Shown here: positions 45,336 to 55,803 of the stretch, piece by piece
Layout: every line of letters starts with the position of its first letter
Numbering within the stretch: position 1 is the first letter of the stretch
From: a virus
Lineage: Duplodnaviria > Heunggongvirae > Uroviricota > Caudoviricetes
DNA length: 64,000 nucleotides
Direction: 5' to 3' (one strand)
IMG/VR virus record: IMGVR_UViG_2718218136_000001
Notes under the pieces: generated by a model
Told to the model about the DNA's origin: nothing
The model's input: the letters and a program-made list of their open reading frames with translations, nothing else
Database searches by the model: none
Position numbers and translations under genes: made by a program

Positions 45336-46379
45336 GTGAAAGCCATAATTACTCCCTTTGTACAGAAAGAGCTTGGCCTCGCCACGTTCAAAGTGGATCA
45401 GGAGGTCAGAAAGCTGGTGGAGGCTGGCCGTAAATTTATTATGGAGCCGGTGCCGCGTGAGTTAATCGAGCACATGGAAGACGGCCTCGTTGTTACCGAG
45501 CAAACCATGGCAACAAATGAGGCGTTGCAGCCGTTTTTTAACAGCGATGAACTGTTTCGCCGTATTGGTGGAATTGACGCGCTGGTGGCGTGGTTGCGTA
45601 AGAAAGAGGGTCAATGCCAGGCCGCAGATCGTAGTTGGTGTGACAACCATATTGTCCACGCTGAACGAGACAATAGCGCGGTGTTGTTGTGCTGGCATCA
45701 CGATAACCATTATCGGATGCGTGGTTTTAATGAGCTGAAAGAAACGCTGCACAATAATCGCGTTAACTGGATACTGGATGTCGCCCGTCAGGAAATGGGC
45801 CTTTCAAATAGCCATGATTTAAGTATTCAGGAGCTGTGCTGGTGGGCTTTCATGCGCAACATGATGCACCTGATGCCGGAAGAAGTCTGCCGCATATCAA
45901 TAAATAAGATGAAGGCTACTCCGCAGGATAGCGGACCTCTGAAAGAGGCGGATATTCGCCCGTATGACGATCGCGCTACAGCATATGTTCAGATGATGGA
46001 AGAACGCGCCGCGCCGATGCGTGCAAAAGTATGCCCTGTGGATGTTGACTCCGACCCTGGCATGGCGCATTTCAAAATACCAAAACTGCAATCGCTAAAA
46101 TTACCTGAGTACATGGACTTTGTTGCTTCCCGTCCATGCTGTGGGTGTGGAGCTGCGGGAGCTGGCGCTCACATTACGCCTCATATCGTTCGTCATAGTC
46201 GATTATGCGCGCATGACATTTACGCAATTCCTCTGTGCCAGTCATGCCAGCGTGATATTGAGCGTGACCGCGATAATTGGGAGAAGACGCACGGTAGGTT
46301 GGCGATGCATCAACGATTGTTCTTTGATTACGCGCTTGGAGTCGGCGCTATCACAAGTCACTCGTCGAACGTTAGGTAA
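45336..46379 (+). CDS. hypothetical Cys-rich protein (post-doc position)
   Basis: 347-aa ORF with C-terminal Cys cluster [10 protein letters not shown]...[15 protein letters not shown]. Confidence 0.5.
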   Translation: MKAIITPFVQKELGLATFKVDQEVRKLVEAGRKFIMEPVPRELIEHMEDGLVVTEQTMATNEALQPFFNSDELFRRIGGIDALVAWLRKKEGQCQAADRSWCDNHIVHAERDNSAVLLCWHHDNHYRMRGFNELKETLHNNRVNWILDVARQEMGLSNSHDLSIQELCWWAFMRNMMHLMPEEVCRISINKMKATPQDSGPLKEADIRPYDDRATAYVQMMEERAAPMRAKVCPVDVDSDPGMAHFKIPKLQSLKLPEYMDFVASRPCCGCGAAGAGAHITPHIVRHSRLCAHDIYAIPLCQSCQRDIERDRDNWEKTHGRLAMHQRLFFDYALGVGAITSHSSNVR

Positions 46380-46380
46380 A

Positions 46381-46397
46381 ATTGCTCTAATGTATTG
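46381..46397 (+). promoter_or_regulatory. C1 operator-like site upstream of the lpa-like gene
   Basis: attgctctaatgtattg. Confidence 0.45.
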
Positions 46398-46467
46398 CTA
46401 TTTATTTAATCTATGGTATTATATTCCACGTTGATTAGTTGACATGGGCTAATCAGTAGGTGACAGG

Positions 46468-46920
46468 ATGTTACTTAACTGGCAGGGACGCCACTTCATG
46501 GAAATAAATCACTTACGAATAACATCGTATGAGATTGCGGATTACATGATCCGCACCAAATCTCTTCTATCAGCGAAAGAACTCGCAGCAATCCTTGAAA
46601 AGGAATACCCGCATCTGGATGTCGATAAGCGCGACGTTTATCTGCGCTTAAAGGCTATCGCTGTGTCTAAGTATTCGTCTGTTTTGATTGATGACAGTAC
46701 ACGCCCACGTAGATTTCAGATCCACTCTCTGAATCCTGAATTCTTTCGCCGCAGCCGCGCGCCGCGCCGGTTTGATGAAAAACTCCAGAACGAACTCTAT
46801 ATGACGCAGGACGAAAAGGAACGCCGGGAACACCAGCCTTGGGTAATGGCGCGTCAACTTTTCAATAAGGTAGCCCGTCAGCACCGTCATTACGGTAATG
46901 CCACATCCGCACGTATCTGA
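46468..46920 (+). CDS. lpa: late promoter activator-like protein
   Basis: About 140-150 aa ORF preceded by a C1 operator and located just upstream of pacA, as lpa (gene 10) is in P1. Confidence 0.45.
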   Translation: MLLNWQGRHFMEINHLRITSYEIADYMIRTKSLLSAKELAAILEKEYPHLDVDKRDVYLRLKAIAVSKYSSVLIDDSTRPRRFQIHSLNPEFFRRSRAPRRFDEKLQNELYMTQDEKERREHQPWVMARQLFNKVARQHRHYGNATSARI

Positions 46921-47005
46921 TTGATTGCTTGCCCGTTCCGGGCCTTTTGACATGTGACTTTCGTTACCCTCGCGTCAAAAAGAGTTTTTACGAAAGGAAG
47001 CATAA

Positions 47006-48199
47006 GTGACCTGGGACGATCACAAGAAGAATTTTGCTCGCCTGGCGCGAGATGGTGGTTACACCATCGCACAATATGCCGCCGAGTTTAATCTCAACCC
47101 AAACACCGCACGTCGTTATCTCCGTGCATTCAAAGAAGACACCAGAACAGCGGACAGCCGTAAGCCAAATAAGCCTGTCAGGAAACCACTAAAAAGCATG
47201 ATCATTGATCACGCTAATGATCAACGTGCAGGTGATCACATTGTGGCTGAAGTGGCTGAAAAACAAAGAGTTAATGCTGTTGTCAGTGCCGCAGTCGAGA
47301 ACGCTAAGCGCCAAAATAAGCGCATAAATGATCGTTCTGATGATCATGACGTGATCACCCGCGCCCACCGTACCTTACGTGATCGCCTGGAACGCGACAC
47401 CCTGGATGATGATGGTGAACGCTTTGAATTCGAAGCTGGCGATTACCTGATAGATAACGTTGAAGCGCGGAAGGCCGCGCGCGCTATGTTGCGTCGGTCC
47501 GGGGCCGATGTTCTGGAAACCACTCTTCTGGAAAAGTCTCTTTCTCATCTCCTTATGCTGGAGAACGCCAGGGATACGTGCATTCGCCTGGTGCAGGAAA
47601 TGCGCGATCAGCAAAAAGACGATGATGAAGGTACTCCGCCTGAATACCGTATCGCGAGCATGCTAAACAGCTGTTCCGCGCAGATAAGCAGCCTGATCAA
47701 CACCATTTACAGCATCCGGAATAACTATCGAAAAGAAAGCCGGGAGGCGGAAAAGCACGCTTTATCTATGGGGCAAGCTGGCATTGTTAAGCTGGCATAC
47801 GAACGAAAGCGTGAAAATAACTGGTCAGTGCTGGAAGCGGCTGAATTCATCGAGGCGCATGGAGGAAAAGTGCCGCCCCTGATGCTGGAGCAAATCAAAG
47901 CCGATCTGCGTGCTCCTAAGACCAATACCGATGATGAGGAAAATCAAACAGCATCTGGCGCTCCATCACTTGAAGATCTGGATAAAATCGCGCGAGAACG
48001 GGCCGCCAGCCGCCGCGCTGATGCCGCATTGTGGATTGAGCATCGTAGAGAAGAAATTGCCGATATCGTCGATACAGGTGGTTATGGTGATGTCGATGCG
48101 GAAGGCATATCAAACGAAGCATGGCTTGAACAGGATCTGGACGAAGACGAGGAGGAAGACGAAGAAGTTACCCGCAAACTGTACGGGGATGATGATTAA
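47006..48199 (+). CDS. pacA: terminase small subunit / pac-recognition protein PacA
   Basis: 397 aa, the length recalled for P1 PacA; contains the pac hexamer cluster; acidic C-terminus. Confidence 0.85.
47199..47356. other. pac packaging site: seven TGATCA/G hexamers with Dam GATC sites (four plus three)
   Basis: tgatca at 47199, 47206, 47218, 47233; tgatcg at 47329; tgatca at 47341 and 47351. Confidence 0.8.
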
Positions 48200-49683
48200 T
48201 GGCCAGAAGTTGCGTAACGGACCCACGTTGGCGCGAGCTTGTGGCGCTATATCGTTATGACTGGATTGCGGCCGCTGATGTGTTGTTTGGGAAGACACCA
48301 ACCTGGCAGCAGGATGAGATCATTGAGTCCACGCAGCAGGACGGCAGTTGGACAAGTGTGACCTCCGGCCATGGTACTGGTAAATCGGATATGACGAGTA
48401 TCATTGCAATACTTTTCATCATGTTTTTCCCCGGCGCTCGCGTCATTCTGGTCGCTAACAAAAGACAGCAAGTCCTTGATGGTATTTTCAAATACATAAA
48501 GAGCAATTGGGCTACTGCTGTTAGCAGATTCCCGTGGTTGTCGAAGTATTTCATTCTTACAGAAACGTCTTTTTTTGAGGTGACTGGCAAGGGTGTTTGG
48601 ACAATATTGATAAAGTCCTGTCGCCCCGGAAATGAGGAGGCGTTGGCTGGTGAACACGCCGATCATCTCTTGTATATCATCGACGAAGCGTCGGGGGTGA
48701 GTGATAAAGCATTCAGTGTGATAACAGGTGCGCTGACCGGTAAGGATAACCGTATTCTGCTTCTTTCCCAGCCTACGCGACCTTCAGGCTATTTCTACGA
48801 TTCACACCACAGACTAGCTATTCGCCCGGGAAATCCTGATGGATTGTTTACTGCGATAATACTGAATAGTGAAGAATCTCCGCTTGTAGATGCAAAATTT
48901 ATACGAGCAAAACTTGCGGAGTATGGCGGTCGTGATAACCCCATGTACATGATCAAAGTACGTGGTGAATTTCCCAAATCTCAAGATGGCTTTCTTCTTG
49001 GTCGTGATGAGGTTGAGCGGGCGACGCGGCGAAAGGTCAAGATTGCCAAAGGATGGGGCTGGGTTGCATGTGTTGACGTTGCTGGTGGCACAGGACGAGA
49101 TAAGTCCGTTATTAATATCATGATGGTGTCCGGCCAGCGAAATAAACGCCGTGTAATCAACTATCGTATGCTGGAATACACAGACGTTACAGAAACGCAG
49201 TTAGCCGCCAAGATTTTCGCAGAATGTAACCCAGAACGGTTCCCGAACATAACCATAGCTATTGATGGCGATGGCTTGGGGAAATCGACGGCTGATCTAA
49301 TGTACGAACGCTATGGCATTACCGTCCAGCGTATCCGCTGGGGTAAAAAGATGCACAGCCGTGAAGATAAAAGCCTTTATTTCGATATGCGCGCTTTCGC
49401 GAATATTCAGGCGGCAGAAGCTGTAAAATCAGGGCGTATGAGGCTTGATAAGGGGGCTGCGACTATAGAGGAAGCATCAAAGATACCGGTAGGGATAAAT
49501 TCCGCAGGTCAATGGAAGGTGATGTCAAAGGAAGATATGAAGAAAAAACTCAACCTGCACTCACCGGACCATTGGGATACATATTGTTTCGCTATGTTGG
49601 CGAACTATGTTCCCCAAGATGAAGTGCTTAGCGTCGAAGACGAAGCGCAGGTTGATGAAGCTCTGGCATGGCTTAACGAGTAA
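48199..49683 (+). CDS. pacB: terminase large subunit PacB
   Basis: 494 aa, the length recalled for P1 PacB; start overlaps the pacA stop. Confidence 0.85.
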
Positions 49684-49685
49684 AA

Positions 49686-49702
49686 ACTTGCTCTAATAAA
49701 TT
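49686..49702 (+). promoter_or_regulatory. C1 operator preceding the second icd/ant-like module
   Basis: acttgctctaataaatt directly after the pacB stop. Confidence 0.55.
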
Positions 49703-49879
49703 GTGTTTTTTGACTGCCGATGTTACATTGAACCTGACCTCTTGCGCCTTGAGGCATTTTCGGTTTATGCTTATCAGGCACCTCATTAAAACGGGTGCCG
49801 GGATTGAGACCCCGGATAATGTCAAAGGCGACACAGACGCCGAAAGCGTCTTTTTTTGTGTCATGCCATCGCACAGCCA

Positions 49880-50040
49880 TACGTAGCGTTTAGCTCCGAA
49901 ATCAATGGTAGTGCTGGCTGGGCTGCCGAAAGGCAGGCCGGTTCCCTTTGACGCCGGTAGTCTCAACCCAGTCAGTGCTACCGCCATTGAGATTGAGACC
50001 TCACGCGGTAGCTCCTTAACTTAGTCAAAGGAGGCTGCCA
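49880..50040 (+). ncRNA. candidate second c4-like antisense RNA region (very approximate)
   Basis: Upstream leader of the icd paralog; ccctttgac (49944-49952) is complementary in 8 of 9 positions to gtcaaagga (50024-50032) at the RBS. Confidence 0.25.
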
Positions 50041-50042
50041 TT

Positions 50043-50264
50043 ATGGCTACTGTCCCTACCCCAACTCATCCTGAATTCATCTGGCGCTTCTATTCCTGCC
50101 AGAAACGTCACTATCACTTCGTTATTGCACCGACAGAAGATGAGGCCCGTTCTCAGCTTCCTGACGCTCCCTGCATTTTCTCTGCCCGCTTTTCCACTGA
50201 TTCGCGCAACTCTCTCAGTTACTGGTGCCTCCCTGTTAACGCTTCTGCTCAGGAGGGACTATGA
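50043..50264 (+). CDS. Icd-like protein, second copy
   Basis: 73 aa, highly similar to the first copy (shared PEFIWRFYSC..HYHFVIA.TEDEARSQLPD.PCIF.ARFST.SRNSLSYW). Confidence 0.7.
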   Translation: MATVPTPTHPEFIWRFYSCQKRHYHFVIAPTEDEARSQLPDAPCIFSARFSTDSRNSLSYWCLPVNASAQEGL

Positions 50265-51376
50265 GAACGTCATTAGTCACCCGTGAAGAAATGATTGAGG
50301 CAATTGAACAGCACACATCCTGTATCAGTACCAGGGATATACCGGGCGTTATTGCCAACTACTTCATGATCACCAAACAACTTTACCGGAGAAAGGACAA
50401 GAACGCTGTTCACCGCATTCTGTTGTCTGATATCCGCGAATACCTGCTCGAACAGGGGCATCTGAATTACGCAACCGTCGCAGCCGAAACACGCAAGGAG
50501 GCACACAGAATGAAAGCAACTAACGTTAAATCAGAAAAAACTCATGCACCTTCAGTTCAGGAATCGGAGCTGGTGGTTGTTCAGAATCAGTCTGATGAAA
50601 TTCCCGTTCTGGAATGGCTGGGAGTGCGTGTAGTGACAACTAAGATCCTTGCTAAGGGGTATGGGACAGATGCGGATAACATCAAGAAGAACTTTTCCCG
50701 TAATGCTGAACGTTTTTGTGAAGGCAAGCATTTCTATAAAGTTATTGGAGATGATTTGAACAATTTGCGGGTGACTTTAAGTAACTCACAAAATCCTATC
50801 TCTCCTAAAGCCCGCTCACTCATCCTCTGGACGGAACGCGGCGCAGCCCGCCACGCTAAAATGATCGAAACCGATCAGGCATGGGCATTCTTTGAAAAAC
50901 TGGAAGACAGCTACTTCCGACAAAAAGAACAGCAACCGATCGCAATCCCCCAGACGCTTCCAGAAGCTCTGCGCCTTGCTGCCGAACTGGCTGAACAAAA
51001 GCAACTTCTGGAACAGAAAGCCCATCAGCTAAATCAGCAGCTGGTGGCCGCAGCCCCCAAAGTCGATTTTGCCGACCGGGTATCAGTGGCTAAGGGGATC
51101 CTGATTGGGAATTTTGCAAAGGTCGTTGGACTTAAACAAAATGCGCTGTTTGCCTGGTTACGGGAGAACGGCATTCTGATAGCGTCCGGCGGCCGTAAAA
51201 ATGTACCGTTCCAGCAGTACATAAACGCCGGATATTTCACAGTGAAAGAAGTGGTGCTGGATGATGAAGAGGGCTACCAGATACGGCTGACGCCCCAATT
51301 AACGGGGAAAGGCCAACAGTGGTTGACGCGTAAACTGCTCGATGCTGGCTTGTTAAAACCGGTGGCGGCTGAATAA
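50261..51376 (+). CDS. antirepressor-like protein, second copy, with a different central domain
   Basis: 371 aa; N- and C-terminal regions parallel Ant (LVTR.E..EAI..HT.C..TR.IPG.IANYFMIT; C-terminal PQTLPEALRLAAELAEQK...GKGQQWLT); unique central segment PVLEWLGVRVVTTKILAKGYG. Confidence 0.7.
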   Translation: MRTSLVTREEMIEAIEQHTSCISTRDIPGVIANYFMITKQLYRRKDKNAVHRILLSDIREYLLEQGHLNYATVAAETRKEAHRMKATNVKSEKTHAPSVQESELVVVQNQSDEIPVLEWLGVRVVTTKILAKGYGTDADNIKKNFSRNAERFCEGKHFYKVIGDDLNNLRVTLSNSQNPISPKARSLILWTERGAARHAKMIETDQAWAFFEKLEDSYFRQKEQQPIAIPQTLPEALRLAAELAEQKQLLEQKAHQLNQQLVAAAPKVDFADRVSVAKGILIGNFAKVVGLKQNALFAWLRENGILIASGGRKNVPFQQYINAGYFTVKEVVLDDEEGYQIRLTPQLTGKGQQWLTRKLLDAGLLKPVAAE

Positions 51377-51408
51377 TGGAAGAATGCCCGGTTGATGCCG
51401 GGCATAAT

Positions 51409-52260
51409 TTATTGCGCGCTTTCGGGGTTGTCGTTTACTGGCTGCCCCTTCTTGGTTTTACGGCTGCGCGTAACTGATGCGGCTGACTTAACCTTTTTCT
51501 CTTCGCGAGTGATGGCAATTTGTTTTTTTACATTTTCAATATCTGCCAGGCGATATATTTTTGCTTGCGGCCAGCGGTCGCAGATGATCGGTTCTATGGA
51601 GTCATAAAGGCTAAATTTTGCTTTTTCGAATTCACCGTTGATGATGATTCCATCACGGAGAGTTTCATCGCAGATAAACACGCCACACAGCGGTACATGG
51701 TAACTAACTGATTTACCATCATTGTAGTTAGGGCTACTGGAGATGTAGTGGACGCGCAGCATTGTTTCGCTAAAGCCGTGTACACGCATACGGAATTTTT
51801 CATCCTCCGGGTACTGCCTCATTAGCTCTTTTGTTGCTTCCAGGTTCTCTATGTATTTCGCACTGTGCTCATTGATCCCCGCGCTTTTTTGGATGCGAAT
51901 GTCCTTATCAATCAGATGAATAATGCGGCCAGCGGTCATGTTGACGCTGTTCACAGCTTCTGTCTGATAAGTTGTAACCTTGCGCACACCGCGAAGGATG
52001 TTAGGCACTGGATATAAAATAGTCTTTGGGATATTGAGGTCTGGGTACTGTTCCAGTTCCCGCGCCATTAAAGTCCATTTATCAATTTCAGCCTGAATGC
52101 TGTCCGTTTCTTTGAACGGTAGAACGACAACCGGGCGTACAGGACGACCGTCGCTGGCGGTATCAACGTGTTGGGCGCGTGCAACAGCTTTTTTTAGAAA
52201 GAGATCCCTGAAGCTGACGAACTCCTGGTACAGTTGTTCGCCGTAGACATAATTTATCAT
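51409..52260 (-). CDS. c1: C1 repressor of lysogeny
   Basis: 283 aa, the length recalled for P1 C1; downstream of coi on the same strand; its operator sequence recurs throughout the window. Confidence 0.8.
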   Translation of the reverse strand: MINYVYGEQLYQEFVSFRDLFLKKAVARAQHVDTASDGRPVRPVVVLPFKETDSIQAEIDKWTLMARELEQYPDLNIPKTILYPVPNILRGVRKVTTYQTEAVNSVNMTAGRIIHLIDKDIRIQKSAGINEHSAKYIENLEATKELMRQYPEDEKFRMRVHGFSETMLRVHYISSSPNYNDGKSVSYHVPLCGVFICDETLRDGIIINGEFEKAKFSLYDSIEPIICDRWPQAKIYRLADIENVKKQIAITREEKKVKSAASVTRSRKTKKGQPVNDNPESAQ

Positions 52261-52354
52261 TGATCCTCCTCCAGAATTGACATGGTCAATAACGCCCGGC
52301 TGAGAAAACCGGTCATTACTGACCTATATTATAGAGGGATCAAACAAAAATAAT

Positions 52355-52371
52355 AGATTTATTAGTGCATT
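52355..52371 (-). promoter_or_regulatory. C1 operator between coi and c1
   Basis: Reverse complement atgcactaataaatcta. Confidence 0.45.
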
Positions 52372-52580
52372 TATTGTGAGTCTAACTGGTTAGTTGCCAT
52401 GAGATATTCGATTGTGTCAGTGAGGTCATCCAGGTCGTCTTGGGTGATGCGGTACTCCTGATTGGATATCTTTGAGTAGTGTTCAGCAATGGCGCGGGCT
52501 GCGTCGGTTTCGGCAGGGTCTACAGATAAAGCGTTAGAGCAATGTCTAACGTCGTCGATGGTTGGTTGAATGAAAGCCAT
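52371..52580 (-). CDS. coi: C1 inactivator Coi
   Basis: 69-aa acidic ORF immediately upstream of c1. Confidence 0.75.
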   Translation of the reverse strand: MAFIQPTIDDVRHCSNALSVDPAETDAARAIAEHYSKISNQEYRITQDDLDDLTDTIEYLMATNQLDSQ

Positions 52581-52820
52581 AATTATGCCTCACTGTATTG
52601 ACAACACAGAGCCTGAAGCTCTGACCTACTGTTTCACCCATGATCCATGCTGGGGTAATCTAACAACATTGCGCTGTGTGTAAGATGAGCAATGCATAGC
52701 TGTAATGCCGTTGTATAAGGTTTCCCTGTTTGCTCATTTCCTTCTGAGCCGCTCTACAACGCTGAAGACACATTAAATAGTGAATCCCAAGTTGTATTAC
52801 GAAACGGCGGCAAAACTATA

Positions 52821-52837
52821 ATCTATTAGAGCAATTG
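52821..52837 (-). promoter_or_regulatory. C1 operator
   Basis: Reverse complement attgctctaatagatta. Confidence 0.5.
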
Positions 52838-52901
52838 TCAAACAACTATGAAAAACAATCCAGTTTTTTGCTGGTGGAGTGGGATTTTTCTCTCAAAATT
52901 T

Positions 52902-52918
52902 ATTGCTCTAATAATTCT
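52902..52918 (+). promoter_or_regulatory. C1 operator just upstream of loxP
   Basis: attgctctaataattct. Confidence 0.55.
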
Positions 52919-52961
52919 TGATTTTTATGCGCAGCTGGACGTAAACTCCTCTTCGGGCCTA

Positions 52962-52995
52962 ATAACTTCGTATAGCATACATTATACGAAGTAAA
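52962..52995 (+). other. loxP-type Cre recombination site with variant right arm
   Basis: ataacttcgtata gcatacat tatacgaagtaaa; left arm and spacer match canonical loxP, right arm ends in aaa where canonical loxP has tat. Confidence 0.85.
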
Positions 52996-53184
52996 CTTAA
53001 GGGTTATTGAACATGAACAATTTACCTGTAAATCCATACAGTTCAATACCTTATCAGGTCAAATAGTGATCACTTGATCATTTGATCAAGATTGCGCTAC
53101 GTAAAATCTGTGAAAAGTTGGCAGTGTTAGTGCTCCAGATTTCGCGTAGCGCACTTAGCACCACCAATCAATCAGAGGTGAAAA

Positions 53185-53406
53185 ATGGGATATTCAGCTG
53201 CTAAAGTGTCCACTCATCTTGAGCTTGAGAAAAACCGTGGTTACTGGCGGGCAAAAGGGTTTGAGCGTGATAGTTACCAACTGTCATTATCTCGCGGTGA
53301 AGAGAAAATAGAACGCACGCGCGGTCGCTGGCGTTTCTATGACGAGAACCATAAACAGGTAAAGGCAGAGCCGATCCTGTACACTTTACTTAAAACCATT
53401 ATCTGA
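53185..53406 (+). CDS. small hypothetical ORF between loxP and cre
   Basis: 73-aa ORF with an RBS-like aggtg upstream; may be non-coding promoter region. Confidence 0.25.
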   Translation: MGYSAAKVSTHLELEKNRGYWRAKGFERDSYQLSLSRGEEKIERTRGRWRFYDENHKQVKAEPILYTLLKTII

Positions 53407-53413
53407 GTGTTAA

Positions 53414-54445
53414 ATGTCCAATTTACTGACCGTACACCAAAATTTGCCTGCATTACCGGTCGATGCAACGAGTGATGATGTTCGCAAGAACCTGATGGAC
53501 ATGTTCAGGGATCGCCAGGCGTTTTCTGAGCATACATGGAAAATGCTTCTGTCCGTTTGCCGGTCGTGGGCGGCATGGTGCAAGTTGAATAACCGGAAGT
53601 GGTTTCCCGCAGAACCTGAAGATGTTCGCGATTATCTTCTATATCTTCAGGCGCGCGGTCTGGCAGTAAAAACTATCCAGCAACATTTGGGCCAGCTAAA
53701 CATGCTTCATCGTCGGTCCGGGCTGCCACGACCAAGTGACAGCAATGCTGTTTCACTGGTTATGCGGCGGATCCGAAAAGAAAACGTTGATGCCGGTGAA
53801 CGTGCAAAACAGGCTCTAGCGTTCGAACGCACTGATTTCGACCAGGTTCGTTCACTCATGGAAAATAGCGATCGCTGCCAGGATATACGTAATCTGGCAT
53901 TTCTGGGGATTGCTTATAACACCCTGTTACGTATAGCCGAAATTGCCAGGATCAGGGTTAAAGATATCTCACGTACTGACGGTGGGAGAATGTTAATCCA
54001 TATTGGCAGAACGAAAACGCTGGTTAGCACCGCAGGTGTAGAGAAGGCACTTAGCCTGGGGGTAACTAAACTGGTCGAGCGATGGATTTCCGTCTCTGGT
54101 GTAGCTGATGATCCGAATAACTACCTGTTTTGCCGGGTCAGAAAAAATGGTGTTGCCGCGCCATCTGCCACCAGCCAGCTATCAACTCGCGCCCTGGAAG
54201 GGATTTTTGAAGCAACTCATCGATTGATTTACGGCGCTAAGGATGACTCTGGTCAGAGATACCTGGCCTGGTCTGGACACAGTGCCCGTGTCGGAGCCGC
54301 GCGAGATATGGCCCGCGCTGGAGTTTCAATACCGGAGATCATGCAAGCTGGTGGCTGGACCAATGTAAATATTGTCATGAACTATATCCGTAACCTGGAT
54401 AGTGAAACAGGGGCAATGGTGCGCCTGCTGGAAGATGGCGATTAG
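53414..54445 (+). CDS. cre: Cre tyrosine recombinase
   Basis: 343 aa beginning MSNLLTVHQNLPALPVDATSD and ending MVRLLEDGD, the well-known Cre sequence; about 420 bp downstream of the lox site. Confidence 0.97.
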   Translation: MSNLLTVHQNLPALPVDATSDDVRKNLMDMFRDRQAFSEHTWKMLLSVCRSWAAWCKLNNRKWFPAEPEDVRDYLLYLQARGLAVKTIQQHLGQLNMLHRRSGLPRPSDSNAVSLVMRRIRKENVDAGERAKQALAFERTDFDQVRSLMENSDRCQDIRNLAFLGIAYNTLLRIAEIARIRVKDISRTDGGRMLIHIGRTKTLVSTAGVEKALSLGVTKLVERWISVSGVADDPNNYLFCRVRKNGVAAPSATSQLSTRALEGIFEATHRLIYGAKDDSGQRYLAWSGHSARVGAARDMARAGVSIPEIMQAGGWTNVNIVMNYIRNLDSETGAMVRLLEDGD

Positions 54446-54462
54446 CCATTAACGCTTAAATG

Positions 54463-54479
54463 ATTGCTCTAATTATTTG
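54463..54479 (+). promoter_or_regulatory. C1 operator downstream of cre
   Basis: attgctctaattatttg. Confidence 0.5.
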
Positions 54480-54495
54480 ATATTTATGGTGACAT

Positions 54496-54807
54496 GTGAG
54501 AAAGGATTTCAACATCGACGGAAAATATGTATTGCTGTCTGTAAGCACTAATATTCAGTCGCCAGCCGTCATTGTCACTGTAAAGCTGAGCGATAGAATG
54601 CCTGATATTGACTCAATATCCGTTGCGTTTCCTGTCAAAAGTATGCGTAGTGCTGAACATTTCGTGATGAATGCCACCGAGGAAGAAGCACGGCGCGGTT
54701 TTGCTAAAGTGATGTCTGAGTTTGGCGAACTCTTGGGTAAGGTTAACAATGTCCTTTCAATCAGTTCAGCAAGGTCCAAAGCGTTAACAGCTTCCATGAT
54801 GAAATAA
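54496..54807 (+). CDS. small hypothetical protein (cra position)
   Basis: ORF between cre and ref preceded by a C1 operator; start likely an internal Met. Confidence 0.35.
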   Translation: MRKDFNIDGKYVLLSVSTNIQSPAVIVTVKLSDRMPDIDSISVAFPVKSMRSAEHFVMNATEEEARRGFAKVMSEFGELLGKVNNVLSISSARSKALTASMMK

Positions 54808-54938
54808 AAAAAAGCCTGGCAAGGAGCCAGGCTGCACAAAAGAGCGGGTTTGTATTCCACATCCAATCAATCAAGAAGGAGTATAGCACACAGGTACTGA
54901 AGTGAAAAAATGTGATTCGCGATAAACAAAATACCTAT

Positions 54939-54969
54939 CATTGCTCTAATTGATTGCTATAATTGAGCC
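54939..54969 (+). promoter_or_regulatory. tandem C1 operator-like sites upstream of ref
   Basis: attgctctaattgattg overlapping attgctataattgagcc. Confidence 0.5.
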
Positions 54970-55054
54970 GCAGTTTTTGTCAACTACGAAGACGTTGCCA
55001 TTACTTCACTCCTTGACATCATTGGCGGCCATTAGGCCGCCTTTTTTTTGCCAT

Positions 55055-55615
55055 ATGAAAACAATCGAACAAAAAATTGAACAGTGCCGCAAGTGGCAGA
55101 AGGCAGCCAGAGAACGAGCGATCGCTCGGCAACGGGAGAAGTTGGCTGATCCGGTCTGGCGAGAATCTCAATATCAGAAAATGCGGGATACTCTCGACCG
55201 CCGTATCGCTAAACAGAAAGAGCGCCCACCAGCCAGCAAAACGCGGAAAAGCGCGGTAAAAATAAAATCTCGTGGCTTGAAGGGGAGAACACCAACGGCG
55301 GAGGAACGGCGCATCGCCAATGCTCTTGGCGCTCTCCCCTGCATTGCCTGCTATATGCATGGAGTAATATCTAATGAGGTGTCTCTGCACCATATCGCCG
55401 GTCGTACCGCGCCGGGTTGTCATAAAAAGCAATTGCCACTTTGTAGATGGCACCACCAGCATGCAGCTCCGGCTGAAGTAAGAGAAAAATACCCATGACT
55501 GGTCCCTGTTCATGCCGATGGTGTGGTTGGAGGCAAGAAAGAATTCACCTTGCTGAACAAGTCAGAGATGGAGTTACTGGCTGACGCCTATGAAATGGCA
55601 AACATCATGCACTAA
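55055..55615 (+). pseudogene. ref: ref (HNH nuclease) interrupted by an in-frame TGA at codon 148
   Basis: ORF from MKTIEQKIEQ stops at tga 55496-55498; the same frame continues LVPVHADGVVGGKKEFTLLNKSEMELLADAYEMANIMH to taa at 55613-55615, totalling 186 codons, the length recalled for P1 Ref. Confidence 0.6.
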
Positions 55616-55803
55616 TAAATATATTATTTTTAATGATAAATGATTGACAACTGACAAGTGACTTCAGTCAGAATCATCACACGCCCGGTACGGATGGATC
55701 CCTTTTCAAATATTCCATGGACGGCACAGTCTGAGTACCGGGCGCTACCTTCAGTTGTATTGCTAAGCCGCCGCTGGTGGCTTTTCTTTTTTGTAGGGGC
55801 GCT

